A stretch of 63,027 bases of DNA, counting the filler, from Octopus bimaculoides (Eukaryota): the NCBI RefSeq assembly GCF_001194135.2. It is 3 parts of 3 records of this genome, joined end to end, with 100 filler letters (N's around TTAATTAATTAA, not from the genome) between each part and the next. Parts side by side here need not be neighbours in the genome. Positions count along the whole stretch, not along the records: positions 37,396 to 63,027 come from NC_068987.1; 2 more parts are not named here. One strand, written 5' to 3'. Every line of letters begins with the position of its first letter. Positions within the stretch are counted from its first letter, which is position 1. Both the position numbers and the translations under genes were made by a program. This document shows positions 62,640 to 63,027 of the stretch, piece after piece. Below the pieces are notes generated by a model that was not told where the DNA came from, did not search any database, and was given only the letters and a program-made list of their open reading frames with translations.

Positions 62640-63027
62640 TCTCCCATTCATTCTCTTTATTAAGCAATCTATATAAAGAGAATGAATGGGAGAAAGAGAG
62701 CCTGCCGTATGTCGACCCAATAGAGGGACCAGCTATCCGAGTTGATAGTACCAGGGTAGATAAAGCAATTAAGAGTATGAAGACCGGGAAAGCCCCCGGC
62801 CCATCAGGAATCACTGCAGAGATGCTCAAAATATCTGGCAGTGTTGGCTATAGCCTAGTCACCTGTATTACGAACCAGGTGATACACGAAGGAGTCATAC
62901 CCAATGACTGGTGTAGCAGCATCATAGTCAACTGCTACAAAGGTAAAGGTGACGCTTTAGATACAAATAATTACAGAGGCATCAAGCTGTTAGATCAGGT
63001 TATGAAAGTTACAGAGAGGGTCATAGC
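62640..63027 (+). mobile_element. RTE LINE RT region, 5'-truncated with a short 5' inversion, running off the window
   Basis: 62675-63027 is open: KENEWEKESLP..AIKSMKTGKAPGPSGITAEMLK..IPNDWCSSIIVNCYKGKGDALDTNNYRGIKLL; inverted piece at 62640-62672. Confidence 0.9.

Overview
AT-rich, repeat-dense metazoan genomic DNA from a gapped draft assembly. It is very probably an octopus or other coleoid cephalopod; this is inferred from the SINE and RTE repeat families and the gene type, not from a database search. There is one confident host gene: a minus-strand C2H2 zinc-finger gene with a single coding exon (46570-48606, 678 aa, 19 canonical and 2 degenerate fingers, no recognisable effector domain). 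Most other interpretable sequence is transposon-derived. Recurring SINE-like families are labelled A-E here for convenience. Other elements are many RTE-LINE 3' ends with (GAT)n tails, CR1/L2-group RT fossils, an R4/Dong-like element inside a (TAA)n array, Penelope-like remnants with hammerhead-like motifs, a decayed mariner transposase, and hAT, Tc1/mariner, Tigger and piggyBac-like MITEs. N gaps lie at 11375-11755, 13735-14645, 19137-19685, 24309-24340, 27096-27513, 28965-28974, 33880-34317, 49861-49870, 60714-60723 and 61947-62179. Two synthetic 100-bp spacers (44N-TTAATTAATTAA-44N) lie at 30338-30437 and 37296-37395. Most ORFs in the supplied track are microsatellite or N artefacts. The most interesting signals are the (TAA)n-targeted R4/Dong-like insertion, the hammerhead-like motifs, several perfect fold-back inversions, a duplicated paired E-box module, a 79-nt hairpin, SINE module shuffling and a two-finger triplication in the ZNF. 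I cannot demonstrate a new biological system from sequence alone. Coordinates of decayed repeats are approximate.
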